A stretch of DNA of 64,000 nt from a virus. The stretch is from IMG/VR virus record IMGVR_UViG_3300037232_000040, one strand, 5' to 3'. Of the stretch, positions 32,115 to 41,836 are shown in pieces; positions within the stretch are counted from its first letter, which is position 1, and every line of letters begins with the position of its first letter. The translations under genes and the position numbers were made by a program. Under the pieces are notes generated by a model. That model was not told the DNA's origin. It searched no databases and saw only the letters and a program-made list of their open reading frames with translations.

Positions 32115-32950
32115 GCTGCCTCCTCCGCGTACCAGAACTTTCCGACCTTGCGTGTCACCTTAACCTCAAACCCGCCGGCCACCTTGGTAACTACAATCGT
32201 ACATTCGCACCACGGATGAATAGGCAACAGCCCTATAGCTTGCTGCACGGTGTAAGGGCCGCTATCCACAACGTCATCACACTCATCGGGTTCGCCGTGG
32301 TCAAAGCTAAGCATTACACTTATCTCTTCAACCACACCTGACTCTTGCCATGCGCTTAAACTGCCGTTGGCCTGTGCGTTACTGGCCTCCGTAGCGGCCA
32401 CCATGTTGGCCCGGTACTGGCTAAAGGTAGTAGCTTCAAGTATCTGGTCGGCAAGTTCGTTAATTGTGGTGTGCTCCGCGAACGCTTGCGTAACCAATTC
32501 CTGTATATCTTCACGCGTTGTTTGCGCGATTGACCACTCGGCATTGGGGTTGTCCACCAAGTTACCACTGTCGTCGTACTGCATACCTACCATTGCAGCT
32601 GCTCTATCCGTGGCCCACTTACGCGCTGCCTCATTCACCGTAGTCATCATAGTGGCATCGCTTATGCCCAACTGGTACAAGCCGCGCCTAGCGTACTCAG
32701 TAGCTATGGCTACAATGTCCTTAGTAGTATCCAGCGCCAAGTCAGCCCACGGAATGCTGTCTAGCCCACTAAGTACATCGTCCTCTGCAGTCTTGCGCAC
32801 CTTTACTTGTTTACGCACGTGCGCCGCTAGTTGCTTAGCTGCAACCTGCATAAACTTATGTATTATGCTGGCAATATTCTCACGGTGGTGGGTTAGCTCA
32901 GTGTGCAGCTTTCCCAGTCTAAAATATGGCAGCCGTATGTGCGTCTTCAC
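32111..32950 (-). CDS. head morphogenesis protein, SPP1 gp7 / Mu F family
   Basis: ATEASNAQANGSLSAW... and the C-terminal PIHPWCECTIV motif. Confidence 0.75.
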   Translation of the reverse strand: MKTHIRLPYFRLGKLHTELTHHRENIASIIHKFMQVAAKQLAAHVRKQVKVRKTAEDDVLSGLDSIPWADLALDTTKDIVAIATEYARRGLYQLGISDATMMTTVNEAARKWATDRAAAMVGMQYDDSGNLVDNPNAEWSIAQTTREDIQELVTQAFAEHTTINELADQILEATTFSQYRANMVAATEASNAQANGSLSAWQESGVVEEISVMLSFDHGEPDECDDVVDSGPYTVQQAIGLLPIHPWCECTIVVTKVAGGFEVKVTRKVGKFWYAEEAA

Positions 32951-34560
32951 TAACTGCCTCCGGCACGCACCACTTCGTACACCATGTGGTTGCTGGTAAG
33001 GTTGCGGTACTTAACCACACCCTTGCCCTTGGGTGGTTTACCGGCGGGGTTAGGCGCTGGCTCTTCAACGGTAGCTTCAGCGCTGGCGTGCGTAGCTGCG
33101 GTCTGCGCAGCTACTTGGTCCAAGCTAGCCTGCGCGCGTTCGATTGCACCTTCCAGCGGTACCACGGCAGTAGCACTTATTACCATGAGCTGATTAACTT
33201 CATCCAAATCTATAGGATCAAGCCCGCGCTTATCGCGCACTTCAGCACGCGTAACAATACCAGCACCAACATCACTAGCGTCGGCCTGTGCCAACTTAAG
33301 TACGTCGGTTTCCTTGCGCGGATCGAACGACATTTCATAGTCAGTAAGCCCAAACTTACGCTGGATAATGTAGTCAATCACGCTGTATTTAAGCCACATC
33401 AAGAACGGCCAGTAACCCTCCACGTCCGCTGACTCCTGTGTTTGCTCAGCACTGGCCCGGTTCATCATCTTCATCAAGCGCTGCGGGCTGGTACCAAACG
33501 CAAAACAAATGAACCGAATTAGCAGGTCGTCAAACGGATCAGTAAGCAGCTTCTCCTTAGAAAATATAATCTGCTCTGGCTTACCGTCAGTTTGGAAGCC
33601 TTGTATCATGCGCCACTGTTGCCGCGCCCAAAGGTTGCCAGCCATTTCACTGTTAATCTGATTCATGGTACTGGCAATTTTCTCAGGCGTAGCATCAGGC
33701 GGCACCACGTGGATAAGCCCCGGTATGCTGCCTTCTGTGTAGTACGACTCTTGAAACTTAAGCCGCAGCGCACCGGTGCGGCACCAAGTAGCGGCCTGCT
33801 CAACTGGAGACATACCATATATCTGTGAGCTAAGCGTATTGCGGCGCACAATATTGCGCGGCTTGTATATCAGCTGTGTAGTGTCAAGGTTCACACGCGG
33901 CAGCCCTTCCCACAGCTGTGCATAAGCTGGGTCAGGGGGCTGTGGAGTAAAGCCATTATCATCAATGTAGCGCGTAATGCTATCACCCGGCACTACGCGT
34001 AGTTCCGCCACTTCCTCGTTAAAATTTTTGCGCACCAGCACACTGGCTGCGTCAATAACCAACATATCTTCAAGCAGGGGCCGCACCCAGGTAGCCCAGT
34101 CATCCTCGTTGTTAGGGTACTCAAAAAACCTGCTTAGTTTAAGAATGTTCTGGTCGCCCTTCTCCTTTTGCTTACGTTCCGTAGTAGTCTCACCGGGCAC
34201 GGCACGACGCTGAATTTCCCAAGGCGTGAAGCACAATTGGTCTTTAACGTTTTCTATGACCACACGTACCAGATCATAAGTAGCCAACCCCTGCAGCTCA
34301 GCCGCTGTGTACTCAGCGTCAGGCCGGGGTGTGTAGTTCATGTTTTGGCCGTAGGTTATGTTGATACCTAACGGCTCGGCGTTGCGCGGCGCAATGGGAC
34401 TTACAGGCTGGCCAGCGCTAGGGAAGTTCTCAGGGCCAATACCATCAATGGTGGTACCGGGTTTTTGGTATAGCGAATTACGAAACCTACGTGCCGCGCC
34501 AATAATGCCGCCCATATCCACGATACGCAGTGGATTACCATCGTTGCCATTACGTGCCAT
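32950..34560 (-). CDS. portal protein
   Basis: 536 aa, upstream of the gp7-like gene. Central IYGMSPVEQA...YYTEGSIPGLIHVVP region is portal-like. Confidence 0.8.
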   Translation of the reverse strand: MARNGNDGNPLRIVDMGGIIGAARRFRNSLYQKPGTTIDGIGPENFPSAGQPVSPIAPRNAEPLGINITYGQNMNYTPRPDAEYTAAELQGLATYDLVRVVIENVKDQLCFTPWEIQRRAVPGETTTERKQKEKGDQNILKLSRFFEYPNNEDDWATWVRPLLEDMLVIDAASVLVRKNFNEEVAELRVVPGDSITRYIDDNGFTPQPPDPAYAQLWEGLPRVNLDTTQLIYKPRNIVRRNTLSSQIYGMSPVEQAATWCRTGALRLKFQESYYTEGSIPGLIHVVPPDATPEKIASTMNQINSEMAGNLWARQQWRMIQGFQTDGKPEQIIFSKEKLLTDPFDDLLIRFICFAFGTSPQRLMKMMNRASAEQTQESADVEGYWPFLMWLKYSVIDYIIQRKFGLTDYEMSFDPRKETDVLKLAQADASDVGAGIVTRAEVRDKRGLDPIDLDEVNQLMVISATAVVPLEGAIERAQASLDQVAAQTAATHASAEATVEEPAPNPAGKPPKGKGVVKYRNLTSNHMVYEVVRAGGS

Positions 34561-34849
34561 GGGCTATCACCTTCTTTTCTTTATACATAGCAGCATCAAG
34601 CATAGGCACAAACCACCGACCCTTACAAACGTGGCACAGGTGCTCAACGTACACGGTGCCCAGCTTTATAGCGCCGTCTATAACCAGCACTGGGTTTTCC
34701 CACGTGGCCTTAATCTCACCATCGCAATGGCCGCACACCGGGCAGCGAGCATTCACATCTATCTGCTGCGGCAACGCTGCTGGTGGCGGTGGGGGCACCA
34801 GCAATTTAAGCAGCAATACTACAAACTTACGAAGCCAAGTCCAAAACAT
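34550..34849 (-). CDS. hypothetical protein with hydrophobic/Pro-rich N-terminus and CxxC...CxxC zinc-ribbon-like core
   Basis: Track ORF of 99 aa with RCPVCGHC ... LCHVCKG. Confidence 0.5.
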   Translation of the reverse strand: MFWTWLRKFVVLLLKLLVPPPPPAALPQQIDVNARCPVCGHCDGEIKATWENPVLVIDGAIKLGTVYVEHLCHVCKGRWFVPMLDAAMYKEKKVIAHGT

Positions 34850-34874
34850 TGGTTTCCTTTTGATTCCGTCGAAC

Positions 34875-34985
34875 CTACATCGCTGGGTCTGCGTGCAACT
34901 CTGCGTTCATCTTCGCCTTCTGCGCGGGCGTCAACGTACTGCCTTTACTTTCCAGAAACCGAACTTGTCTGCGCGTCCAGGGCAT
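34875..34985 (-). CDS. small hypothetical protein (36 aa)
   Basis: Own translation: MPWTRRQVRFLESKGSTLTPAQKAKMNAELHADPAM. The ATG is one nt after the upstream stop. Confidence 0.3.
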   Translation of the reverse strand: MPWTRRQVRFLESKGSTLTPAQKAKMNAELHADPAM

Positions 34986-34986
34986 T

Positions 34987-35205
34987 TTAGTTACGTGGTT
35001 CCATCTGGCGAATGTGGCAGTCCGCATTACTGCCACTGCACTTCTGTTCCGGAGAGATCCCCGGATTCGCGCCCGTACATGTCGATACAGAAGCGCCCAT
35101 AACGGGCTGGCCGGTATTCGTCATGACAGGGTTTCCGGTATAGACCGACTGGGCAAACGCAGTGGAGACGAGAAATAGAAGACAGATTAGTTTCTTAATG
35201 TTCAT
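34987..35205 (-). CDS. small secreted Cys-containing peptide precursor (72 aa)
   Basis: ATG at 35205 gives MNIKKLICLLFLVSTAFAQS (Sec-type, AFA-Q) followed by a 52-aa Gly/Thr/Pro-rich peptide with 3 Cys. The 3' end reads through one copy of a 25-bp repeat. Confidence 0.45.
   Translation of the reverse strand: MNIKKLICLLFLVSTAFAQSVYTGNPVMTNTGQPVMGASVSTCTGANPGISPEQKCSGSNADCHIRQMEPRN
34995..35019. repeat. 25-bp direct repeat, copy 1 (partner 35220..35244, 24/25 identical)
   Basis: gtgg[t/c]tccatctggcgaatgtggca is read at both sites. Confidence 0.9.
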
Positions 35206-35219
35206 GTTGTTGGTATCCA

Positions 35220-35244
35220 GTGGCTCCATCTGGCGAATGTGGCA
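35220..35244. repeat. 25-bp direct repeat, copy 2
   Basis: Same sequence as 34995..35019. Lies between the stop of the 1011-aa ORF and the small peptide gene. Confidence 0.9.
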
Positions 35245-35252
35245 CATGCTTA

Positions 35253-38200
35253 TTAATGGTTGGTTATCAAGCAACTATTCATCAAGCGAACGGCATTTCC
35301 AGCCGTGTTAGCACTAAAGAACAGGTTCTGCTCTAGGGTCCAAGCTGTATTCGTTATAGCAGTAGGCTGTGTTGTGGAAGTCGAACTAGTTTGTGGAGTC
35401 GAGCCAGGGATTCCTAACGATTGCGGAGAGCATATTGCTTGCGTAGCGGAAACCCCGCCAACATTCCAAACTCCTGTAGCGTACCAACCTGTCTGACTGG
35501 CCGTTGGCCCGGTTGCCGCCGTCTGGGAGCATAGGCTGGCTGTTCCAGATCCTTTGGTTACAGTCCAACTTATCGTTGGAGCAGAACTAGAGGTGAACAC
35601 TTGGTAATCTTGTTGCAATGCAAAGCGCTGTCCAGCAACAGGAGCAGGCATTGCATGTGTAGCGTTGAAATATGCCTTCGTAGCGCTCACGTCGTCAGAC
35701 GCTTGGTTATTGCAGGCCAATGATACTGTTGCCGCATTGCAATTACCCGGATTTCCTGTGTTATTAACTGTGATAGAAGTGCCATGAACGAATGAAAGAA
35801 TCGCGAAATGCCCTGCGCATCCCGCTCCTCCACCAAGAACCGTTACCGGAAGACTCGCGGGATATTCAAACAACGTAGTAGAAGAGAAATTAAGGGTAGT
35901 AGATACTCCGTTGACAGACGAACCTCCCGTAACGGTCTGTACAGCTATAGTTCCATCATCAGCCTTGGCGCACAGCAAGTCACCGGCAGAACTTTGGCAG
36001 TCGGCGGGAGTCCATGAGCCGGGGAGCGTCGCCGTATTTAGCACTGTAAGATTTGAAAAAGTGGTGTTGGCTGCTCCCGTTGGCACCCAGAACGAATCAC
36101 CGGAGTAGGTTCCTCCATTCCCAAGATTGGGTGCGGCATCGGTAGTGAGCACGTCGCCCTGCACGCGCACGCCAGTTTCAGTGTTGATCTCAATATCGTG
36201 AGTCGAAGTCGCGCCCCAATTGTTGCCCACTAACTCATCTCCGCTGTTTGCGGCTGGCTCAATACTATATGCCATCGTTCCACTAGTTCGATTGCCTTGA
36301 TAACGAACGTTCCTAGTGGTTATTCCCCCAGAACCGCCAGCGCTATAGATTCCGACGTCGGTGTTTACGCTCCCAGTTATCAGGTTGTTACTAACCAATC
36401 CAGGTCCAACATTGTTGTAGCTGGTTGCCTCAATTACGATACCAATTTGCGAGCCTGCCAGATTATCGATAGTGTTCCCAGAAACCTCAAACCTCTGCGC
36501 ACAGTCATCGACAGCAATTCCCCCAGCGGCAGCCGGAGGCAATGCACTAATCACATTGTTCATCGCTATGATGCCGTAACACGGCGTGTTCGCCCCGGTC
36601 TGCCCCCCTATCGTGATGGCATACTGCAAGGCCGAATTGACCAATAGATTGTTAGCTACGGTGCTGTACTTGCCAGCATCTTCGATTCCACCACTGTTAT
36701 AAAAATGATTTCCTATCTGGTGGGAATATCCAGAGTTATTGTTGAGTCCCTTGAGTACATGGACATAAGTGTTGTACAGATCGTCAATGCGAGCACCGTG
36801 TCCAGCGTGTTGGTGACCAAAGCCGTAGAAGTCCTGGAAGTAGGTATTCCGTATCGTGACATCGGTGATGTTAGTATCAGACGAACCAGTTGCCACGATG
36901 ACGTTGTAGTGGTCATAGGTAGTATCTGACGGATTGGTGTTCTCGCCGTAGAATTGCACCCCATCAACCACAATGTGGTTAGTTCCGTTAGGATACGTGA
37001 ACCAGTTGTATGCCGTGTTGGACGGATTACCGGAATCACCAATCAGATAGAGCTTGCAGCCTTCGTTGCCGATGTAGGTAGTATTACTGGATAGGTTGAA
37101 TAGATTAGCATTCTTGATTTCCAGAACGTAAGAACCAAGTCCGGGGCAGATGTTGGCTGTGGACCCTACCGCTGCTGTAAGCAGGTTAGCCATTGGCGTA
37201 GCGTTGTCAGTACCCCAAATCGCGGTTTGTGTGCCGCTCGCATTAGACGATACCTGCGACAAAACTGCTACCGTGGAACTGGAGCAAGATGCGACTGTGA
37301 CCGAAGAACCACTAGTTCCGTAGGTCAGCGAGTAGCCACCTGTCGCAGCATTAGGCACGCTGACAACCGCTCCAACCGGGCATGTAGAGAACGGCGCATC
37401 AGCACATGTCAGGTTGGCTGTGCTGCCATCCATCGAACATGTAGCATCAGCAACAGCATCAGATATTGGCGATAATGTCTTAAAGTTGTACTGCGCTCCG
37501 CCCTTATCGAGCAGCGAGCCTTTAACTACTCCCCCGACTTCCGACACTCCCGTATCCTGTAACACCTTGCCTGTGCCATCGGCAAAGCCTGCACTATCGT
37601 TTGCCGTAGCCGAGCCGGGGCCGGTGACGTTGCCTCCGATCGCCGAGCCGTTAGCATACACCCCGGTTGCGTTGAGAGTTCCCGCCCCTTGTGGCCCACC
37701 TGTGGGTGAACCTATCGTAACTCCAGAACCGTTATCTGTAACGCTGCTATCTTGCAGTGTGTGCGCTGTAGCTGACCCCTTGGACAGCACATTCTGAGTG
37801 CCAGTGTAAGAAGCCTCACCAGAACCGGAGCCACTACTACCAGCATTGCGGCTGATAGTAATGCGGCCATCCATTGTAAAAGTACCACTTCCACCCGTCC
37901 AAGTAGAAATAATCAAGTAGTACTTGTACGGTGCCTGCGGTGCACCACCGGTAAACTGACTACTCTTACGCACAGTAGCTGTGCTGCCACTGTATGTATC
38001 CAGCAAGTCGCAGTTACCCAACGTACCGCAACCCTGCACCGTGGTGCTTACCCCAGACTGACTCCCCACCCAACCATATTCAAAAGATGGAGTTAGTCCG
38101 CCATTAGCCGGTATCTTAATTACCGTACCACTGCTGTTGGCTGTAGCCTGCAGCTCACACGCTGGTAGCCCTCCGGTAGTACAGGTATCTATAACTACCT

Positions 38201-38264
38201 GCTGTGCAGCCAGCGACGATATACACAACGTCAGCAACAGCGCAATCCAAAGCAATTTCCTCAT
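35253..38264 (-). CDS. parallel beta-helix fibre/depolymerase-like protein with Sec-type signal peptide
   Basis: ATG at 38264 with AAGGGGA upstream. Starts MRKLLWIALLLTLCISSLAAQQ. Beta-helix repeats are present (NNLLVNSALQYAITIGG, SGNTIDNLAGSQIGIVIEA, SNNLITGSVNTDVGIYSAGG). Confidence 0.7.
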   Translation of the reverse strand: MRKLLWIALLLTLCISSLAAQQVVIDTCTTGGLPACELQATANSSGTVIKIPANGGLTPSFEYGWVGSQSGVSTTVQGCGTLGNCDLLDTYSGSTATVRKSSQFTGGAPQAPYKYYLIISTWTGGSGTFTMDGRITISRNAGSSGSGSGEASYTGTQNVLSKGSATAHTLQDSSVTDNGSGVTIGSPTGGPQGAGTLNATGVYANGSAIGGNVTGPGSATANDSAGFADGTGKVLQDTGVSEVGGVVKGSLLDKGGAQYNFKTLSPISDAVADATCSMDGSTANLTCADAPFSTCPVGAVVSVPNAATGGYSLTYGTSGSSVTVASCSSSTVAVLSQVSSNASGTQTAIWGTDNATPMANLLTAAVGSTANICPGLGSYVLEIKNANLFNLSSNTTYIGNEGCKLYLIGDSGNPSNTAYNWFTYPNGTNHIVVDGVQFYGENTNPSDTTYDHYNVIVATGSSDTNITDVTIRNTYFQDFYGFGHQHAGHGARIDDLYNTYVHVLKGLNNNSGYSHQIGNHFYNSGGIEDAGKYSTVANNLLVNSALQYAITIGGQTGANTPCYGIIAMNNVISALPPAAAGGIAVDDCAQRFEVSGNTIDNLAGSQIGIVIEATSYNNVGPGLVSNNLITGSVNTDVGIYSAGGSGGITTRNVRYQGNRTSGTMAYSIEPAANSGDELVGNNWGATSTHDIEINTETGVRVQGDVLTTDAAPNLGNGGTYSGDSFWVPTGAANTTFSNLTVLNTATLPGSWTPADCQSSAGDLLCAKADDGTIAVQTVTGGSSVNGVSTTLNFSSTTLFEYPASLPVTVLGGGAGCAGHFAILSFVHGTSITVNNTGNPGNCNAATVSLACNNQASDDVSATKAYFNATHAMPAPVAGQRFALQQDYQVFTSSSAPTISWTVTKGSGTASLCSQTAATGPTASQTGWYATGVWNVGGVSATQAICSPQSLGIPGSTPQTSSTSTTQPTAITNTAWTLEQNLFFSANTAGNAVRLMNSCLITNH

Positions 38265-38340
38265 TGCACTTTCCCCTTTCTTGCGCACACTCTAAGTACA
38301 GTAGGGCCAGTCCTATTAGGAAACTGGCCCTAGAATTAAC

Positions 38341-39195
38341 CTAGGATGCTGGAGGGGTAAACAGCAGGTAGAACACCGTCACACGCAGCTGGCCCGCGCC
38401 CGGTGTGCCGTTGCAAGTAATACGCAGCTTAGCCGCCGCAGCCTGCACCATTGCTACCGTACCGGCCCAGTGCGCCAACCCTATGGCTGTGTGCCCCACA
38501 GTCAGCACATTGTCAGCAGCTAAGAAGCGTGCCGCCGTGCTACTGTCGCCCAGTGCCCACGTGGTTGCTGTGGTAATAGCCTGCTCAATGCGAGCTACAA
38601 TGCCTAGCAAAATAGCTCCGGCAGGCAACATGTTACCGGCCGTATCGGTAGTGGCACCGCTGGTGCTCAAAGCAAGCAACTCGGTGTTCTTACCGATGGT
38701 AACACCCTCGCCTGCTCCCCCGAAAATTCCCAGATTAGCAGTAGTGTCATACGACGGATTAGCTGCACCGGCCACAATGCCGTTGTCAACAAAGGTAAGC
38801 GGCGCATAGGGTTGTGACTTGTACAATTCGTTGGGCAAGCTAACACTACCCACATAGCCTTGCGATGCCCCACCCGCACTGCGGTAAATATCGTAGCTAG
38901 GGAAAAAGTTGTTAGGCACAAAGCTAATGGTGTTGTAAGCAGCGGCGCTCAGCGTAGTAGGGCCGTTGGTAACGCTGGCCGTTACGTTGTCGCTGGTGCG
39001 GCTACCCGTGTTGCCCACCACAATATAGGTATAGCTGCCAGCCGCGCCACCCGTAGGTACAACGGTAAGTCCGGTAGGTGGTGCTGCCCTGACACTGCCT
39101 TGGTTGTTGAAAGAATTTAGACATGCCTCAATAGAGGCAATGCGATCGAAGAGTGACAACGGCGTTGTAGCTAACGGTTGCATGTACTTCTCCAA
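38341..39195 (-). CDS. hypothetical structural (fibre-adaptor-like) protein
   Basis: 284 aa, Gly/Thr/Ala-rich, immediately upstream of the beta-helix gene. No motif recognised. Confidence 0.5.
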   Translation of the reverse strand: MEKYMQPLATTPLSLFDRIASIEACLNSFNNQGSVRAAPPTGLTVVPTGGAAGSYTYIVVGNTGSRTSDNVTASVTNGPTTLSAAAYNTISFVPNNFFPSYDIYRSAGGASQGYVGSVSLPNELYKSQPYAPLTFVDNGIVAGAANPSYDTTANLGIFGGAGEGVTIGKNTELLALSTSGATTDTAGNMLPAGAILLGIVARIEQAITTATTWALGDSSTAARFLAADNVLTVGHTAIGLAHWAGTVAMVQAAAAKLRITCNGTPGAGQLRVTVFYLLFTPPAS

Positions 39196-39209
39196 TTAAA
39201 CTAGATTGC

Positions 39210-40799
39210 CTATCTTGTCTTGGCTAAGTACTCGCCACGTGTAGGACCATGGTGTACCTTTGGCAGTTCTCCCCACTGATGCCCACAAGCATTGCAATGT
39301 TGCTGCGCGCCTATACGCACCAAGCACACAGCAGCGCACTGCGGACAACTGGGAGTGCTGGGCGCAGTCGTGGGTTTTATCGTGGTACTGGTTTGTATGC
39401 CGAACTTCTTCTTAGCCATAGTATCCTCTTCAGGTTTTTGGCCTACGGTGTACTCGCCTTTCATTATTTTGTCCAGCAAGGTAGTAAGCCCGTACAAGCC
39501 ACCACCTTCGCTTAACTCGGTAAGTGCCCACACCAAAGCGTCCATGCGATCAGGACTAGACTGATCTTCTAACTGCGGATCAAAGTCGCACATCTGGTCT
39601 TCCAACGCGGCGAACGTGCCCACGTGGTGCACGCGGCCCTGCTCGTACAACGCGGCAATGGGCTCTGCCCTAACTACCTTGCCGCGCGTAGCGTGCACAG
39701 CCTTAAACGGTATGCCTACGCGCTTGTTTCTAACATTATTCTCTACTAGATCACCACCGTTGTTGACCTCACCAATAACGCGGTCGGCACCGGTGCCGTC
39801 ATAGGTTGCCACTACGCGCTCGGCCCACTTATCGGGGCTGGCAGACAAGGTGTTGTCCATTAGCACATAGTAGTGCGGTGGCGTGCGGCTATCACGGCCT
39901 GCAGCTACAATGCCCGTTTCGTCGCTGTTTTTGTTGGCTGTTACGGCAGGGTCAACCCCCACCACTATTCGGTTCAGCGTGCTGGGCAACTGCTCCATGG
40001 CTACGCGCAGTTCATCAATACGCTTGCGTGTCCACAAGGCGTTAGGGTTGTCGTCCAGCAGTTCAGCGTTAAGTTCTTGGCGGCCCAACCTAGTGTTCTC
40101 ATACTTGGTAATAATCTTAGCTAGGAAGGCACCGGCTAGGTTATGTTTGTTGTCGTAGGTACTACCACGAGTAACTACCGTGGTGGGGTCCTTGATAAGT
40201 TCCTTGATCAGCTTCACCGGCTTAGGTGTGGTGGTTACTACAATCTGCGGGTTGCTACCCAAGCGCAAACCGAAACTAGCCTGATCCCAACTTTCATGGT
40301 ATCGCCACGCAGCCACTTCGTCGCCCCACAACTTACTATGCTGCTTACCGCGCAACCGTTCCGGCTCTTCGGCGCTGAACAATAGGCTTACCACACCGTT
40401 AGGCCACACTAACCGTGCCTTACTGGGTTGATACAGCGGCCGCTCGCCCTTAGGACAAATAGCCATGATGCCGCTTTCACCCTCGATCATAATATCGCGA
40501 ACGTCACTGCTAGTAGCACCAATCAGGTTTACGGTGCGGTACTCCCCAGTAAGTACCCAGCTACGAATAGTCTCAGCGCCCACACGCGTCTTGCCAAAGC
40601 CACGGCCTGCCAACACCAGCCAAGTTACCCACACACCACTAGGCAGTACATTGTTAGCTGGTAGGCGCTGGCTGGGCCGTGCCCAAAAATCCCAGTCGTA
40701 CACAAGCGCTTCCGCCTGCTCAGTAGTAAGCTGCGCCATGCGCCGTGCTTGCTCAGCCTTACTAAGCTCCCGAAATTCACCCGCCTTGCTTAATTCCAA
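39210..40799 (-). CDS. terL: terminase large subunit
   Basis: Walker A LAGRGFGKT. WDFWARPSQ N-terminal motif and the WGDE Walker B region are typical of GTA/HK97-like TerL. Confidence 0.85.
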   Translation of the reverse strand: MELSKAGEFRELSKAEQARRMAQLTTEQAEALVYDWDFWARPSQRLPANNVLPSGVWVTWLVLAGRGFGKTRVGAETIRSWVLTGEYRTVNLIGATSSDVRDIMIEGESGIMAICPKGERPLYQPSKARLVWPNGVVSLLFSAEEPERLRGKQHSKLWGDEVAAWRYHESWDQASFGLRLGSNPQIVVTTTPKPVKLIKELIKDPTTVVTRGSTYDNKHNLAGAFLAKIITKYENTRLGRQELNAELLDDNPNALWTRKRIDELRVAMEQLPSTLNRIVVGVDPAVTANKNSDETGIVAAGRDSRTPPHYYVLMDNTLSASPDKWAERVVATYDGTGADRVIGEVNNGGDLVENNVRNKRVGIPFKAVHATRGKVVRAEPIAALYEQGRVHHVGTFAALEDQMCDFDPQLEDQSSPDRMDALVWALTELSEGGGLYGLTTLLDKIMKGEYTVGQKPEEDTMAKKKFGIQTSTTIKPTTAPSTPSCPQCAAVCLVRIGAQQHCNACGHQWGELPKVHHGPTRGEYLAKTR

Positions 40800-41274
40800 G
40801 TTTCCCTGCCAGAATGTCTTTAGCTTCGGCGCCAGCTGTGTAGTCTATCTTACCGTCTAGGTTAAGACTTTCTGGTAGCTTGCCCTCCGTTACCTCACGA
40901 ATTTCCTTAGCAGCCGGAGTATCGTGGGTTACGGCGCGGTTTAGCATACCAGCGGCCATGGCCTCAGCCCATGTTACGGGGTGGTCGGGGTCAAACCCTA
41001 ACTGACGGGCCATAGCAGCGGGCACCTTGTTGCTAAGCATGGTCACGTATGCCTTGCTGATGACCGTTATGTTGCGGCCCTGTATCCCAGTGGGATTACC
41101 ACTTTGCCCCGGCTTAAAAGTGTATGGGTTGCCTTTTTTAAAAGGTTGGCCGCGCCCCTCGTATACTTTCCTAGGCACTTCCTCGGTAAGGTCCAACTTA
41201 ACCACGGCTACTTTCTTCTTACCGTAGGACTTAATCACTACGTTAGGCTCTTGGCCCGGCTTAGGTTTTCTCAT
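40777..41274 (-). CDS. terS: terminase small subunit (DUF5681-like)
   Basis: FKKGNPYTFKPGQSGNPTG motif, and position directly upstream of TerL. Confidence 0.6.
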   Translation of the reverse strand: MRKPKPGQEPNVVIKSYGKKKVAVVKLDLTEEVPRKVYEGRGQPFKKGNPYTFKPGQSGNPTGIQGRNITVISKAYVTMLSNKVPAAMARQLGFDPDHPVTWAEAMAAGMLNRAVTHDTPAAKEIREVTEGKLPESLNLDGKIDYTAGAEAKDILAGKLGIKQGG

Positions 41275-41381
41275 TTTTCACGCTCGCAGTATTAAAGTGC
41301 CCCAGCTAGACTTACGCAGTAAACCACGCAATGGATTTTTGTGAGTACGTGTTCTGCTGCTGCTGAGGCACTAACTTAGGA

Positions 41382-41633
41382 TTACACAGGCACCAGCTGC
41401 ATTACCCGGTACCCACTGCTGGGACGGCCACACCAGCGACGATTGTTACTACCCTGCTCGCACACGGCCCGCAACTGCGCTGTATTACCGGTAGCACGGT
41501 GGGTGTCGTTAGTTATAAGCTGCATGGCTTCTTTCACAGTTACGTGCAGGTGTTCACTGTGGTTAGGCTCTAAGCCGTAATGATCCAGGCGGCCTACCTC
41601 ACGCTTGCTTAGCAGGCATACACGGTTGCTCAA
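41382..41633 (-). CDS. hypothetical protein
   Basis: Track ORF of 83 aa in the operon upstream of terS. Confidence 0.45.
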   Translation of the reverse strand: MSNRVCLLSKREVGRLDHYGLEPNHSEHLHVTVKEAMQLITNDTHRATGNTAQLRAVCEQGSNNRRWCGRPSSGYRVMQLVPV

Positions 41634-41836
41634 TTGTTGGCCTCTGGGCTGGGCACAGCCGCAAGCATAGCAACAAAATCAGCTAAACTTATGGCATACA
41701 CCGTGTGTTGGCAACACATGCCTACCACACATACACGGTCGTCAGGCATTAGCAGCAATTGTGGGGACCAATCAGTACGCTCCAGTAAGAACTCAGCTAC
41801 AAGTTGCGCAGGATCGTGTGTAGGTAGTCTGTCCAT
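41630..41836 (-). CDS. hypothetical protein
   Basis: ATG at 41836 (MDRLPTHDPAQL) within track ORF 41630..41860. Confidence 0.4.
   Translation of the reverse strand: MDRLPTHDPAQLVAEFLLERTDWSPQLLLMPDDRVCVVGMCCQHTVYAISLADFVAMLAAVPSPEANN

Noticed and set aside
35000-35019. Sigma54 (-24/-12) promoter reading of tctGGcgaatgtgGCa
   Set aside because: The GG-to-GC spacing is 10 rather than the required 12 positions, and the motif is on the strand opposite to the surrounding genes.
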